Shown here in pieces: positions 23,745 through 36,694 of a stretch of DNA of 64,000 nucleotides. Location: positions 20,522,001 through 20,586,000 of the forward strand of contig NC_043010.1 of assembly GCF_006345805.1 (NCBI RefSeq), given 5' to 3'. A model generated the notes under the pieces. That model searched no databases and was not told the origin of the DNA. It saw only the letters and a program-made list of their open reading frames with translations. Position 1 is the stretch's first letter; each line of letters opens with the position of its first letter. Origin of the DNA: Octopus sinensis (Eukaryota). The position numbers and the translations under genes were made by a program.

Positions 23745-25199
23745 ATGGTAGATTCTCTCATCGAAGACGATGAATGAGGGTTCAGTAAATAACCTTCAAC
23801 AATCCCTAAGCCTTGTGACACGGCATGTGTACCTTCAATCCAGCAGATGTCTTGCACACTTTCTTGCAAATGGTACACTTGCATGTATTTGTTGATTCAA
23901 AATGTCTTCTCGAGTGGACAGCTAACCCAGCTTTGGTTCGTGCTTTGAAACCATAGTGACACACACAATCATTGTTTGGTGGATTTTGCTGATGTGTTGC
24001 TTTCAAATATGCACGAAGGGCGTCCCTATGACGAAGGCAGTTACTTTCAAATTCTCTAGTCTTTAGAAAACATATTTTCCTCTATTTGCTGCGATCCCCT
24101 GTTGCACTCTCCCAGGAGCTCAAAGCAATGTCACAACACTTCAGATTGTCTTTTAGTTTGTCCTTGTAACAAAGAAGGGGGCGCCCTGTCGGATGGGAAG
24201 AATTTGTCAATTGCCCATAACAAATCTGCTTTGGAACTCTTGAGTCATCCATTCTTACAAGATGACCAGACCACCGCATTTGTATCTTAATCAAAAATGC
24301 TTCAATACCAGTGATCTCATACCTCTCCAGTTACTCACTATTTCGAACACGATCTTGCCATTTAACATTGCAAATAGAACGCAGACATCTCATATGGAAG
24401 GAATCAAGCTGATTGATATGCTTGCGATACAAGGTCCACATTTCGGCACCACACAGAAGAGTAGATAGAACAACAGATTTGTAGACTGCTACTTTTACTT
24501 TCAGAGACACATCGTGGCTGTTCCAGAATCTGTCTCGCAACCTACCAAATGCTTCACTTGTTTTATTGATTCTGTTTTGGATATCTTTTTCAAATTTTGC
24601 ATCATCAGACACAATAGAGCCGAGGTATGTAAAAGAAGATACTGTTTTCAAAGCTTTACCATCAACATATACTACTGGTTGTGAAGAGGGCAAAGTGTTT
24701 GGTTTCGGCTGGTGAATAAGTTCAGTTTTCGTTATGCTAATTGTAAGACCAAAGGCCTTACATGCATCAGAGAAGCTATTGAGGATGTTCTGCATGTCCT
24801 CAAGACTATGGGTGACAAGAGCACAGTCATCAGCAAAAAGGAGATCAAGAACAGTCTGCACAAAAGTCCGGGTTTTGGCTTTGAACTGTTGCTGGTTAAA
24901 TAACCCTCCACTTGACCGATACTCAACACCTACACCTTCCGAGGTGTCTTTGAAGGCTGTTTTAAGCATCACTGAAAAGAAAAGAGCAAATAGGATCGGA
25001 GCAAGGACACATCCTTGCTTGGTTCCATTTGACACTTAGATTGGTTCACTTTGTTCGCAGTCAGACCGTACTGACACCATCATCCCATGATGAAAGGAGA
25101 CAATCACATTCAACATCTTGTCTGGAACACCAAGCTTCCTCAAAACAGTCCACAGGGCATCCCTGGAAACGGTATCAAATGCCTTAGTGAGATCAACAA

Positions 25200-25284
<85 letters not shown>

Positions 25285-25300
25285 GGGTACACAAAGCACT
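23745..25300 (-). pseudogene. RTE LINE, 5'-truncated and frameshifted
   Basis: FVDLTKAFD…NGTKQGCVLAPILF…LLFADD…FTYLGS…MRWSGHLVRM…GRP…C-terminal C2H2-like motifs. Confidence 0.92.
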
Positions 25301-25490
25301 TACAATGAGGTTGATTTTTCATTTTAGGTGCAGCAAGTCCTGCTGAGGAGAACAGGTACTAGCCAGAATTTGAAATCACTATCCAGAGATATCTTTTATC
25401 TCATTCTAGGGCTTTGTGTACACTTTAATATAATTATGAATTTATATATAGCTATTTAATGCTAACAACAACAACAACAACAACAACAAC

Positions 25491-25521
<31 letters not shown>

Positions 25522-25830
25522 AATAATATAAAAATAAAAATAAAACTACTGAATAATAATAATAATAATATTAATAATAATAATAATAATAATAATAACA
25601 ATAATAATAACAATAATAATATCTTTATGAGTATTCATTTGAATACTCATTTACATACGCACACACACATACGTATATTTGTGTTCATTTATATGCATAT
25701 TTATGTGTCAATATGTGTGTGTATATTTATATATAAGCATATATGTGTGTGCGTGTGTGTGACTGCATGTATATCACTGGCGCTTTTCTTTCTCCGTCTT
25801 CCCTTCCTTGGACTTTTCTTTTTTTCTATA

Positions 25831-25863
25831 TTTTTGACGAAGAGCTCTGCTTGAAACATTAAA
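25831..25863 (+). ncRNA. decayed HHR motif, family H
   Basis: TTT-TTGACGA-A-GAGC(TCT)GCTT-GAAA-CA-TT-AAA; the three departures from a canonical motif are all C>T or G>A. Confidence 0.4.
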
Positions 25864-26271
25864 TCCTCCTTCTTTCTTTCCTTTCCTGAGCATCCAATAA
25901 CATTATACTTGTTCCATGTCCTCGCATTGTTGTGTTTTCTCTTCGTTCATGTTTGGATTAACTATATATACTGGACGTGAAAAAACATTTGAGTGAGGCC
26001 ATTGCCAGTTCCGCTGGACTGGCTCCTGTGCAGGTGGCACATAAAAAGCACCATTTGAGTGTGGCCGTTGCCAGTACCACCTGACTGGTCCTCATGCCAG
26101 TGGCACGTAAAAGCATCCAGTACACTCTCGGAGTGGTTGGCATTAGGAAGGGCATACAGCTGTAGAAACTCTGCCAGATCAGATTGGAGTCTGGTTCGCC
26201 AGACCTCAGTCAAATCGTCCAACCCATGCTAGATGGAAACCGAACGTTAAACAATGATGATGATGATGATG

Positions 26272-26302
<31 letters not shown>

Positions 26303-26314
26303 TGTATATCTATG

Positions 26315-26358
<44 letters not shown>

Positions 26359-26386
26359 GAGAGAGAGAGAGAGGAAGAGGAGGGGG

Positions 26387-26610
26387 GATGTCAAAGAATT
26401 ACCTTTACAATTTGAAAAATTCAGAGCAAAAATAAAATAATAATAATAACTCATCAGGTTGTATGCAGTTAATGGAGCCCACATGGAAGTGTTCTGGTGT
26501 TTCTAATACAACTTTATTTGTTTGTCCGTTTCTCAATAAACTGAGTTATGGTTATGGTTTTTTTGTGAATTTTTCAAATTATAAAGATAATTTATAGACA
26601 CACTGTGTAT
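26387..26610. mobile_element. Tc1/mariner MITE
   Basis: Inverted AATTACCTTTACAATTTGAAAAATTCA / TGAATTTTTCAAATTATAAAGATAATT; a solo TIR of the same family lies at ~18725-18780. Confidence 0.6.
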
Positions 26611-26621
26611 ATAATATATAT

Positions 26622-26667
<46 letters not shown>

Positions 26668-26734
26668 TTGGAAATGGATGTGTTGCGTTCAATTAAATAA
26701 TAGATGATATTTATATATATATTATTTATTATAT

Positions 26735-26777
<43 letters not shown>

Positions 26778-26936
26778 ATAAATAACAAGACAACTATACT
26801 AGAAAATTCATTTTACCATTGGGAATTCTTATTTAACGACAATAGTTTCACACCTTAATGAATATGTATAGATGACTTATTTCATTATACATACATACAA
26901 ACACACACACACACACACTCACACAAACACACACAC

Positions 26937-26986
<50 letters not shown>

Positions 26987-27053
26987 TTATGAAAAATAGA
27001 AGTTGAAAATGCACTGAGAATAGTTATAATATTTTTTATAAATATATTTAAAG

Positions 27054-27091
27054 CTTTAACCGGTTTCACAGTTTACACTGATTTTCAAAAA
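27054..27091 (-). ncRNA. decayed HHR motif, family K
   Basis: Minus: TTT-TTGAAAA-T-CAGT(GTAA)ACTG-T-GAAA-CCGG-TT-AAAG; palindrome AACCGGTT. Confidence 0.45.
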
Positions 27092-27189
27092 CTTCGAAGA
27101 GAACGGCGTGGCTTATGTTGCAGCTATCTTGCTTCTGACTGATGTTTGAAGCTTACCCTAATCCATTTTGATTGCAAGATTAGCTACTT

Positions 27190-28335
27190 GTATGGTCTCC
27201 CAAAAATCCATAAGCCTCAAACTATTAAGAATGCCTGTAAAGAACCAACTTCAAGTTGCATAAACTTTCTGATGCTGCCATAATCCTTGCCTTCAGTTTA
27301 TCTTTGGTGTTACAAAGAGTTTTCTTGGTCTCCCCACAACTGCACACCACACATAATAATCAAGGAGGTTGCAGTCTCGGGAGTCAGGTGGCTAATTGTT
27401 AGGGGTGATGTGGTCACAGAAATAGTCTGACGGCCATGACTGGGTTCCCCTGCTTGTGCCTCATGGTGCAGAATCCTGTTGCTTGACATAAGGACTTCCA
27501 GCAGCCAGCCTCTTGACCCAGGGCAGCACTACCTCCACCAGGCACTTGATGTAAGTCTGAGTGTTGAGTCTAAGGCCGTGTGGGAAGATGAATGGAGGTA
27601 TAATGTTGTCATCACTAGTGATCACTTTAAGCACCATGATGTTGACTGGATGTTTGATTTTTATCACTCTTGGTACATGTTTTGGGGATACCTCAAGTCA
27701 ACAGTTGTTCTGTGTGTTCACCAGAAATTTTTCTCATCTGAGGAAAACTAAAGCATGTTCGGTTCGAGGGAATGCTTGAGTTTGTTGAAAAGCTTCATAG
27801 TGCAGTTTTTCCTCTTGTTGATTGGCCTGAGCTAAAAATTGGCCCTTTCTCATCTTGTAAAAGAAATACTGAATGTCTTCATGCATTAACTGCCTGATAA
27901 GAAACTCAGCCACTGCCATGTCTCTGGCGATGGACCTGATTGACTTGGAGGGATCATTGTTAATCATGGCCTGGGTCTCACCAACAAATTCAGAAGTTCT
28001 TTTCTTATAAGAACGATCAGAATGAGTTTTCTGAGCTGCCATACCTTTGCAATCGCCATTAGGCTCATCCAACTCTTTCTGAATCCTCTGCACTGTCCTC
28101 AGATTGACACGCAAACACTCTGAAATGTTCGTATTGGTGCTTCTGATGTGAATACCAAGCAGTACAGCATGTCATTTCCAAATTTCTGTCAGAGTGAATT
28201 GTGTCATGGTGCTGTTTTCCAACAGTGTCCAATTGACCCTACTATACTGTTTACTCAATAAAATCAAAAACAAACAATGCACCAGAGTGAAAGTAAAAAT
28301 ATAAAGTGGCAACTGCTTACCCACTGCACCATGTA
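27190..28335 (-). pseudogene. Tc1/mariner transposase remnant (maT/DD37D-like)
   Basis: RTVQRI…DPSKSIRSIARDM…KHPVNIMV…SDDNIIPPFIF…VVLPWV…QQDSAP…DCNLLDYVW; only the right TIR was found. Confidence 0.85.
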
Positions 28336-29139
28336 TATACATATGTATATATATATTCAAATTTATAAATGTCTGTGTGTGTTTGAGATGTAACTAATAT
28401 TATTCAAGGAAAAATATTGTTGGAACCCCCACCAAAAATAAACAATGAAATAAAACAAATCCTGCAACAACAGCCCGTGTTTATATCATGACTTAAATAG
28501 TTGCCAGTTCTTTTTGAACATAAACACAGTAAGTGAATATTCTTCTATCAGGGCTATTGACATGTGCAAAAAAGATTTTTATCTCCTGATATATATTAAC
28601 ATAACTGGTTGAATTCCTCACAAAATATGTTGACATCCAATCTTTGAAATTAAGAGAAAATAATCATGATGGATCTTATGAAAGAACGAGGTTTTGATGT
28701 ACAACTTTTAATCAGTAAAGGAGCGAATAAGAGTGTAATTTGTTTTAGATATATTATACGTTTGGTGTTGAACTGAAGCTCAAGATGTTCAGACACTTCT
28801 GTCATTAATTAATTAGGTAAGGTATTTCCAGGTACTTTTCACCCTGTCTCATATATTTTTCTTTTCGTCTGTCTGCCTGTCAGTGTAACTGTATATATAT
28901 ATATATATATACATCATTGTTGACGTTAACTCATATCCAAGTAATAGATCTGTAGGGAGTACAAGTGTATTATATATATATATATAGACACACACACATA
29001 TATATACACACACACACGCACACACATCACACACATTTTATTATTTAATTCAGGTATTGAGGTACTAATAGCCTGGGGTTAATTTCTTATATATATCTCT
29101 GTGTGTGTGTGTGTGTGTGTGTGCACGTGTGTGTATGTT

Positions 29140-29480
29140 TAAATGATTAAAGAATGGAGAGTTGGTAAGAATATAAAATTAATTTATTAACATACTGCCA
29201 AATAAAGCCTACGAACGTTTCAATTCAGTCCAATATATAATTGCAAATTCAAAGATTGGAATAAATTCAAAAATTAGAATAAAATAGCATTTTGAATAAT
29301 ATTGGGAAGAATCTCATCAGGGTTAGAGTAAAATAGAAAGAGTTATATGTTGATGAATTGGATTTTATCAGTAGACATGTAATTATTAAAATCCAAGAGA
29401 AGTGAGAGACAAATTAAGTTAAATTTCCATATGGTTACAGCTGTTTCATAATCCAATTTCAGTTACATCAACAACTCTGA
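29140..29480. mobile_element. cluster of decayed HHR/pseudo-LTR remnants (family M)
   Basis: Minus CTGATGA at 29314-29320 with GAAAC-GTTC-GTA at ~29210-29221; + TTGATGA-A-TTGGATTTT/AAAATCCAA-GAGA at 29350-29400; minus GAAAC-AGCT-GTA at ~29436-29447. Confidence 0.45.
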
Positions 29481-29635
29481 TTCATAGGTGCATATGCAGT
29501 ATATACACTTCACATCCACATTATATACATATATGGATACATATGTATACATAGATACAATTCTATAATATAAAACAATGCACCAAGTAGAACTATTCTT
29601 TGACCATTTTCCAGACATCTCAGAAATATATATGA

Positions 29636-29777
29636 TCATAAGGTGCAGGAGTGGCTGTGTGGTAAGTAGCTTGCTAACCAACCACATGGTTCCAGGTTCA
29701 GTCCTACTGTGTGGCACCTTGGGCTGACCAAAGCCTTGTGAGTGGATTTGGTAGATGGAAACTGAAAGAAGCCCATC

Positions 29778-29822
<45 letters not shown>

Positions 29823-30010
29823 TCCCCCCACCATCGCTTGACAACCAATGCTGGTGTGTTTACGTCCTCGTAACTTAGCGGTTTGGCAAAAGAGACTGAT
29901 AGAATAAGTACTAGGCTTACAAAGAATAAGTCCTGGGGTCGATTTGATTGACTAAAGGTAGTGCTCCAGTATGGCCGCAGTCAAATGACTGAAACAAGCA
30001 AATGAATGAA
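29636..30010 (+). mobile_element. SINE family S1
   Basis: Intact head and body. Further copies at 37560-38185 (split), 40445-40830 (-), 46108-46515, 60030-60360 and 62110-62560 (-). Confidence 0.85.
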
Positions 30011-30022
30011 AGAAGAAAAAAA

Positions 30023-30054
<32 letters not shown>

Positions 30055-31284
30055 TCCTATTATAAAGAAGAACTGTTAATGGCTGTTGGTGTAAATATTT
30101 CTATCAATGTTCAGAAAGAGTGGTTTGAGGCCAGTTATTGTTCTCCGTTCCAGTTCATCAAAGTTACTGATTTTGATGGAACTCACTGTGCCATTTGAAA
30201 GGAGAAAAGCAGACTTCCAGGCTCAGGTTTTCATCAGAGAGGCTGGAGCCAGAGTCTTTTTAGGTAAAAACTTCTCATGACTTAATAGAGCAACCCACAG
30301 TTTCTGGGAATGGAGAGGTGTCCTCCCAGCTGAATTGGGTTGAGGAGGAGTCAAAATGACATCCATTTGGTTTGAAGGCAATATCTTGGCGTTTTAACAC
30401 TAAGGTAAGTAACTCAGGGTGAGTCTTTGTGGCAGTGGTGATGTTTCATTGCTACCATGATAACCAACAGTATTATACATTGAGAAAAAGAATTTTGGAA
30501 CAAATTGGCCAACAGTTGGAATTCACCTTGGGACTGGAACAATAGAACGATTGCATTACAGGATTAATTCTTATCTGCCCTTAACCTTCTGATCAAATAC
30601 CATCAGGGCATATAGTCATTATAGATGTATGGTAGTTGTGCTATTTAGCTCTCTTTAGTTGGGCCACAGACCCAATTAGCCCTCCACAGGAGCTAGCTTA
30701 AAAGTCTGCTTAGAGTGTGGCTTTTAAGCTAGTTAAGCATAAGTTTGAAGGCTGGGTCAATGGAGAAGAGTTCCAACTAGATGAAATCTCCAAGCAGTTT
30801 AAATGCACAAGTCTCCAAAATCCAAGTGGTTAAAAGTGTTGGGAGAAGGGCACCAAGGCATCATTGATGCAACCTGGCACTCTAAGAGTGTAAGAAGTTA
30901 AGGGCTGAAACATTTGCTTGTTGTAAGCTTCTACTCTGAAGACCTTATGCTGTTCAGCTTTCTTGAGAGTTTCTTACCACCATGTGATGTGATATGTGGT
31001 TTACATACAGTTTACAGATCATAGACACACACACATACACACACATGCATGCACACCTCACTATGTAGCGTTTTACTTCTTTACTACACCATCAGTGACA
31101 GCCACATGTGAAGTGACATGATCCAGACACTATTTACATTTCATTCCACAAACTCTATTATGCTCCTGGATCACACTAAACATCTTTCTTCATTTCACAC
31201 TTGAACAGCAATTTTACTTCAAAGAATTGCACAAGTTCCAGATGAGATTTCTGTGAATATATTTTTAAGTAAAACATAATATTC

Positions 31285-31595
31285 AAGATAATAGTTCTAT
31301 ATTTAAGAGATGAGCAATTATGATATATTATCTATATTTGATGGATATTTGTCCTCATCTTGTTTGTTGTTAACGTTTCAGCTGATATACCCTCCAGCTT
31401 TCATTAAGTGTCTTGGGGAAATTTTGAACCTGGGTTCTTATTCCTAAGGTATTTTTCGAAGTTATTATTATTATTATTATTATTATCATCATCATCATTA
31501 TTCAAGTCACTGCCTGGAATCGAACTCGGAATCTTGGGGTTAGTAGCCCGTGCTCTTAACCACTACTCCACGGGCATATGGCATAGTGGTTAAGA
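31285..31595 (-). mobile_element. tRNA-headed SINE carrying a hammerhead (family I), decayed HHR copy
   Basis: Minus head GGAGTAGTGGTTAAGAGCACGGG-CTACTAA-CCCCAAGATTCCGAGTTCGATTCC, then (TAA)n and a body matching 37119-37335. A short inverted head fragment lies at 31572-31595. Confidence 0.8.
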
Positions 31596-33439
31596 CATGA
31601 GATTTATTACAAGAAACATCTTTTGGAAACATGATCTGAACAGAAAAGTTGTACTAAGGTTCTTTACAAGGTACTAATGATGCCAGGTTATAATTAGTCT
31701 CTCACTGGTTTAGTATCAGACTGAGAGCTGGTTCTAAAGTTTCTTTTTCAGATCTCCTTATTTTAAGTGATTTAATGTTTTTTTTGTTTATATATATATA
31801 TCCACCTGACATCAATTACAAACATCAAAGCAACGTCAACACTTCAACACATTAATCTCAGCATGAGACAAATGGATGAGATTTAAATGGCATGCTTAAG
31901 GCCCTCACTTTACTCTTTTACTCTCTCTTTTACTTGCTTCGGTCATTTGACTGTGGCCATGCTGCAGCACTGGCTTTATATTCAAACAGTGATTATTGTT
32001 GTTGTTGTTTAACTCCAAGTGAACCCTAATCAAATGAACAACCTATTGTTCTAGTCATCATCATCATCATCATCATCATTATCGTCATCATCATCATCGT
32101 CATTGTCGTCATCACTTTCATCATCATCTCATTATATTGTTGTCGTTATCGTTTTCATCCTTGTTGTCATCATCATTATCAACATCATCAACATTTATAC
32201 TCCCTGTCTCCCTCCCTCCCTACCTGTCTACTTTTCAACCTACTAGATACATAAAGCCACACACACACACATATATACATATGTGTATATGATGGGCTTC
32301 TTTCAGTTTCCCATGACCTAATCCACTCACTGAGCTTTGGTTGATGCAAGGCCATCATAAAAGACCGAGGTACCGTATAAAGAGATTGAACATGAAACCA
32401 CATGGTTGGAAAGCAAACTTCTTGACTACACAGCCATAAGATATAAAAACAGGGAAAACAAAACGGTCAGCTAATTAAACCATGTCCCAACCAGGACTGA
32501 ATCAGTTTTCTTGACACCACAAAGCAATCCTAATCAGAGTTACTCTTACTGTTTGTTGTTCTTTTTGCTCTTGTTATTGTTATTTACCCTGGATCAATCT
32601 TAATCCAGCACAGGCATCTTTTATTCAATTCCAGCACCACCTTGACTGGCTTCCATGCCGGTGGCATGTAATAAGTACCAACCAATTGTGGCCGTTTCCA
32701 GCCTCGCCTGGCACTTGTGCTGGAGGCACGTAAAAAGCACCCACTACACTGGCGTTAGGAAGGGCATCCAGCTGTAGAAACACTGCCAGATCAGACAGGA
32801 GCCTGGTGCAGCCTCCTGGCTTCCCAGACCCCGGTCAAACCGTTCAACCCATGCTAGCATGGAAAATGGACATTAAACGATGATGATGATGATCTGAGAT
32901 GACATTACCTAAAGTGTCCTTCTTTTTCTTATACAGTAGGACAGGATATAAAATAGACTTGGTAACTATTTCCAGCAGGTTTGGCATCTACATTGGTGCT
33001 CCCGAATTTGATACAAGCTGGAGTTGTTCTGTTCATTTTTTTTGCATTTGTCTTATAATGCTTAATGAAATAGTTTTCTAAGTTTAATGAAGGGCCCTGG
33101 CTAAATCGTTGAATATTTCCTCTTGATCACAATGAAGAAATATCGAAAATGGTTTGCCAGTCTGCCTCGTGGTCTCAACAGATGAAATGGAAAAGGCACT
33201 GACCCGGAGAATAGTGAAGGGGATGGACTAGAATCATCACTCTGACTGGTGGGGCCTGCACTTGTAGATAGCCATCTCTGCCCCAGTGACAATGAACAGG
33301 GATGTAGTCCAGGGACCAAGACTGTTAGGGGTCTCCACTGTCATAGGCTCAACCACAAACCTGTCTCAGAGCAGCCACTACTTTGACAGTGCCCCCTTTC
33401 TCACCTGATGAGCAGCTTAATTATGTTGTTCTCCTCTTT

Positions 33440-35370
33440 CTTTTATATAGAAATAACTACAGGGGTATTAAACTGTTGGATCAGGTGATGAAGGTCACAG
33501 AGAGGGTCATAACCCATCTCATTAGGGAGAGAATTTGCTTAGATGAGATGCAGTTCAGTTTTGTGCCGGGTAGAAGCACCACTGATGCTATATTCCTGGT
33601 CCGACAACTGCAGGAGAAGTACCTAGCTAAAGATAAACCCCTCTACATAGCTTTTGTGGACTTGGAGAAAGCCTTTGACAGGCTCCCCCGATCCCTTATC
33701 TGGTGGTCGATGCGGAAACTGGAGATTGACGAATGGCTAATAAGGGCTGTACAGGCCCTATACAGAGAGGCTGTCAGCAAGGTTAGGATTGGCAACGAAT
33801 ATAGTGAAGAATTCCAGGTAGAAGTAGGTGTACACCAAGGCTCAGCCTTCAGTCCCCTTTTATTCATCATAGTCCTCCAGGCAATAACAGAGGAATTCAA
33901 AACAGGTTGCCCCTGGGAGCTCCTCTATGCTGATGACCAGGCTCTCATAGCAGAATCACTACCGGAACTAGAAAAGAAATTTCGGGTGTGGAAACAAGGG
34001 TAAGAATCAAAGGGCCTTAGAGTAAATGTAGCAAAGACCAAAGTTATAGTAAACAGAAAGGTGAACTCAACACACACCCCATCGGGCAGGTGGCCCTGCT
34101 CGATCTGTAGGAAAGGTGTAGGTAGAAACTCCATAAGATGCACCCAGTGTAAGCTATGGACACATAAGAGGTGCAGCAACATCAAAGCGAAATTTCATGT
34201 GCGGCAGATGCACAGGGACAATAGACACCACAAATACTCAGAAAACAGATTCCATCACACTCCAGGGGGAGAAACTAGAAGTAGTCGATAGTTTCCGCTA
34301 CCTGGGTGACCAAGTTAGTAGTGGAGGTGGATGCTCAGAGAGTGTCACCACTAGAATACGAATAGCCTGGGCAAAGTTTAGAAAGCTCCTACCCCTACTG
34401 GTGACAAAGGGTCTCTCATTCAGAGTGAAAGGTAGATTGTATGATACATGTGTGCGAACTGCCAAGCTTTACGGTAGTGAAACATGGGCCATGACTGCAG
34501 AGGACATGCATAGGCTTGAAAGAAATGAAGCTAGCATGATCCACTGGATGTGTAATGTCAGTGTGCACGCACGACAGAGTGTAAGCACCCTGAGAGAAAT
34601 GCTGGACATAAGAAGCATCAGATGTGGTGTGCAAGAGCGACGCTTGCGATGGTATGGTCATGTACTTTGGATGGATGAGGAGAGATGTGTGAAGAAGTGC
34701 CGCTCCCAAACAGTTGAAGGAATCAGGGGGAGAGGTAGACCCAGGAAGACATGGGATGAGGTAGTCAAGCATGACCTCAGAGCGTTGGGCCTCACTGAGA
34801 CAATGGCGAAGGAGATGTGCTGTGACTGCAAAGACCCGGGCTGCTTCCTGCACCAGTTCCGCATAGCCCCTGCCCATTCAAAGTACTTTGGATCCCAGAA
34901 CATCCCGCTGTGCTTGAGGAGACCTGTTGAGTCAAGTACATGTACATGAACATCGAAACAAATATCAATGGAAATAGTAGTTGTGATACCTGTGCCAGTG
35001 GCACATAAAAAGCACCATCTGAACGTGGCTGATGCCAGTGCCGCCTCAACTGGCTTCTGTGCCGGTGGCACATAAAAAGCACCATCCGAACGTGGCCGAT
35101 GCCAGCGCTGCCTTGGCTGGCTTCCGTGCCAGTGGCACGTTAAAAGCACCACCGATTGTGGCCAATGCCAGACTCCCCTGGCACGTAAAAAGCACCCACT
35201 ACACTCGTGGAGTGGTTGGCGTTAGGAAGGGCATCCAGCTGTAGAAACACTGCCAGATCAGACTGGAGCCTGGTGCAGCCTCTGGCTTCCCAGACCCCGG
35301 TCGAACCGTCCAACCCGAGCTAGCGTGGAAAACGGACGTTAAACGATGATGATGATGATGATGATGATGA
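33440..35370 (+). pseudogene. RTE LINE, 5'-truncated, with 3' UTR ~60-bp repeats and (GAT)n tail
   Basis: NYRGIKLL…FVDLEKAFD…GVHQGSAFSP…LLYADD, then a C4HC3 motif, FRYLGD…RRLRWYGHV…GRGRP. Confidence 0.93.
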
Positions 35371-35374
35371 TAGT

Positions 35375-35600
35375 AGGGCAGGGTATAAAATTGATTTGGT
35401 ACCTATTTCCAGCGGGTTTAGCAACTACATTGGTGTTCCCTAATTTGGTTGTTGATCAGTTATGTTGCTCTCCTTGTCCTTCTTTTTCTTATATAGTAAG
35501 AAAAGATAGAAAATTGATTTGGTACCTATTTCCAGCAGGTTTAGCGATTACATTGGTGCTCCCTTATTTGGTTGTCAATCAGTTATGTTGCTCTCCTTAG
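35375..35600. repeat. 123-bp tandem repeat interrupted by the RTE
   Basis: TTGATTTGGTACC at 35391 and 35514; related segments at ~32905-33010 and 33410-33445. Confidence 0.7.
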
Positions 35601-36694
35601 TAAAACATTAATCCAAGCCTAAGCATCAATATTTGCTATCGCCAACACCAGACACTCTAGTTAGACAAAATTCCCCTATTTACAACTAGAATAGTCCATT
35701 TCCCCACTTTGAACTAGCATCAATCCTACATTGGCATAAGCTATACAACATTCAGTACCCACTTTTCCTGTTGTTTTTGTTTGTTTACATATACACACAC
35801 ATATATACATACATACATTCATATATATATGTATATATATACATACACACATATATATTGAATCTAAGTTACATAATGTTGTTCATTCATTCACATGGAT
35901 GTTTTCAATTGATGCCATGGAGATTAATTGTTCTTTTTTACTCTCTGCTAGCCTGGACCATTTCAAGGGTACCAAGAAAGCAAAAAAAATGAAAACTCCA
36001 AAAAGAGGAACCTATTAATGGTAGGCATAATCGGAGAGGCATGCTATTGCTCTTTGTGTCAGTATTGATAATATGATTCATTACAGAACTCTCTTTCAAT
36101 AAATTCTTTTATGAAGAGGAAGAAATAAATAAATAAAAACAAACATATAAAAATATAATAAATGAAAAAATATAGAAAATAAAAAAGAAATAGAACCAGG
36201 TTGCTATTGACAGACAATGGATTAGTGGGATGGTTAGAAGCTTTCCATGTTTGGTTAGGAACTTTTGCATGTTAAGTTCAAATCCTGCTTGGATCAACTC
36301 AACGAAAATCAAAGGGAATTGAAATAAAGAAATTAGAATGGACTTCCTGGTAATTAATTTGATTTAACGCTAAATCAATTTCTGGAAAATCTTTAGGAAA
36401 TCTGGATGGAGGACTTGTAGAAATTGTATGAGCATAAAATGAAATGTTTTTGGTATTCAGTTATCAACATTTATATTTTGGACATTATTTACCTTTGATG
36501 GATATTTGTCCTCACCTTGTTTGTTGTTAACACAGCGTTATGGCTGATATACCCCCAGCCTTCATCAGGTGTCTTGGGGAAATTTTGAACCTGGGTTCTC
36601 ATTCCTAAGGTATTTTTCAATGTTGTTATTATTATTATTATTATTATATTATTATTATTATTATTATATTATTATTATTATTATTATTATTTAT

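Noticed and set aside
30060-30960. Possible decayed PLE RT on the minus strand
   Set aside because: Only faint motif resemblance across several frames; not supportable by eye.
33100-33410. GC-richer segment as a host exon; CTGATGA near 33405 as an HHR
   Set aside because: No sustained ORF or homology, and no GAAA after the putative stem.
34985-35190. ~60-bp repeats (also the 39-bp repeats at 17260) as a CRISPR-like array
   Set aside because: These are contiguous tandem units without unique spacers; the 60-bp repeats are part of an RTE 3' UTR.
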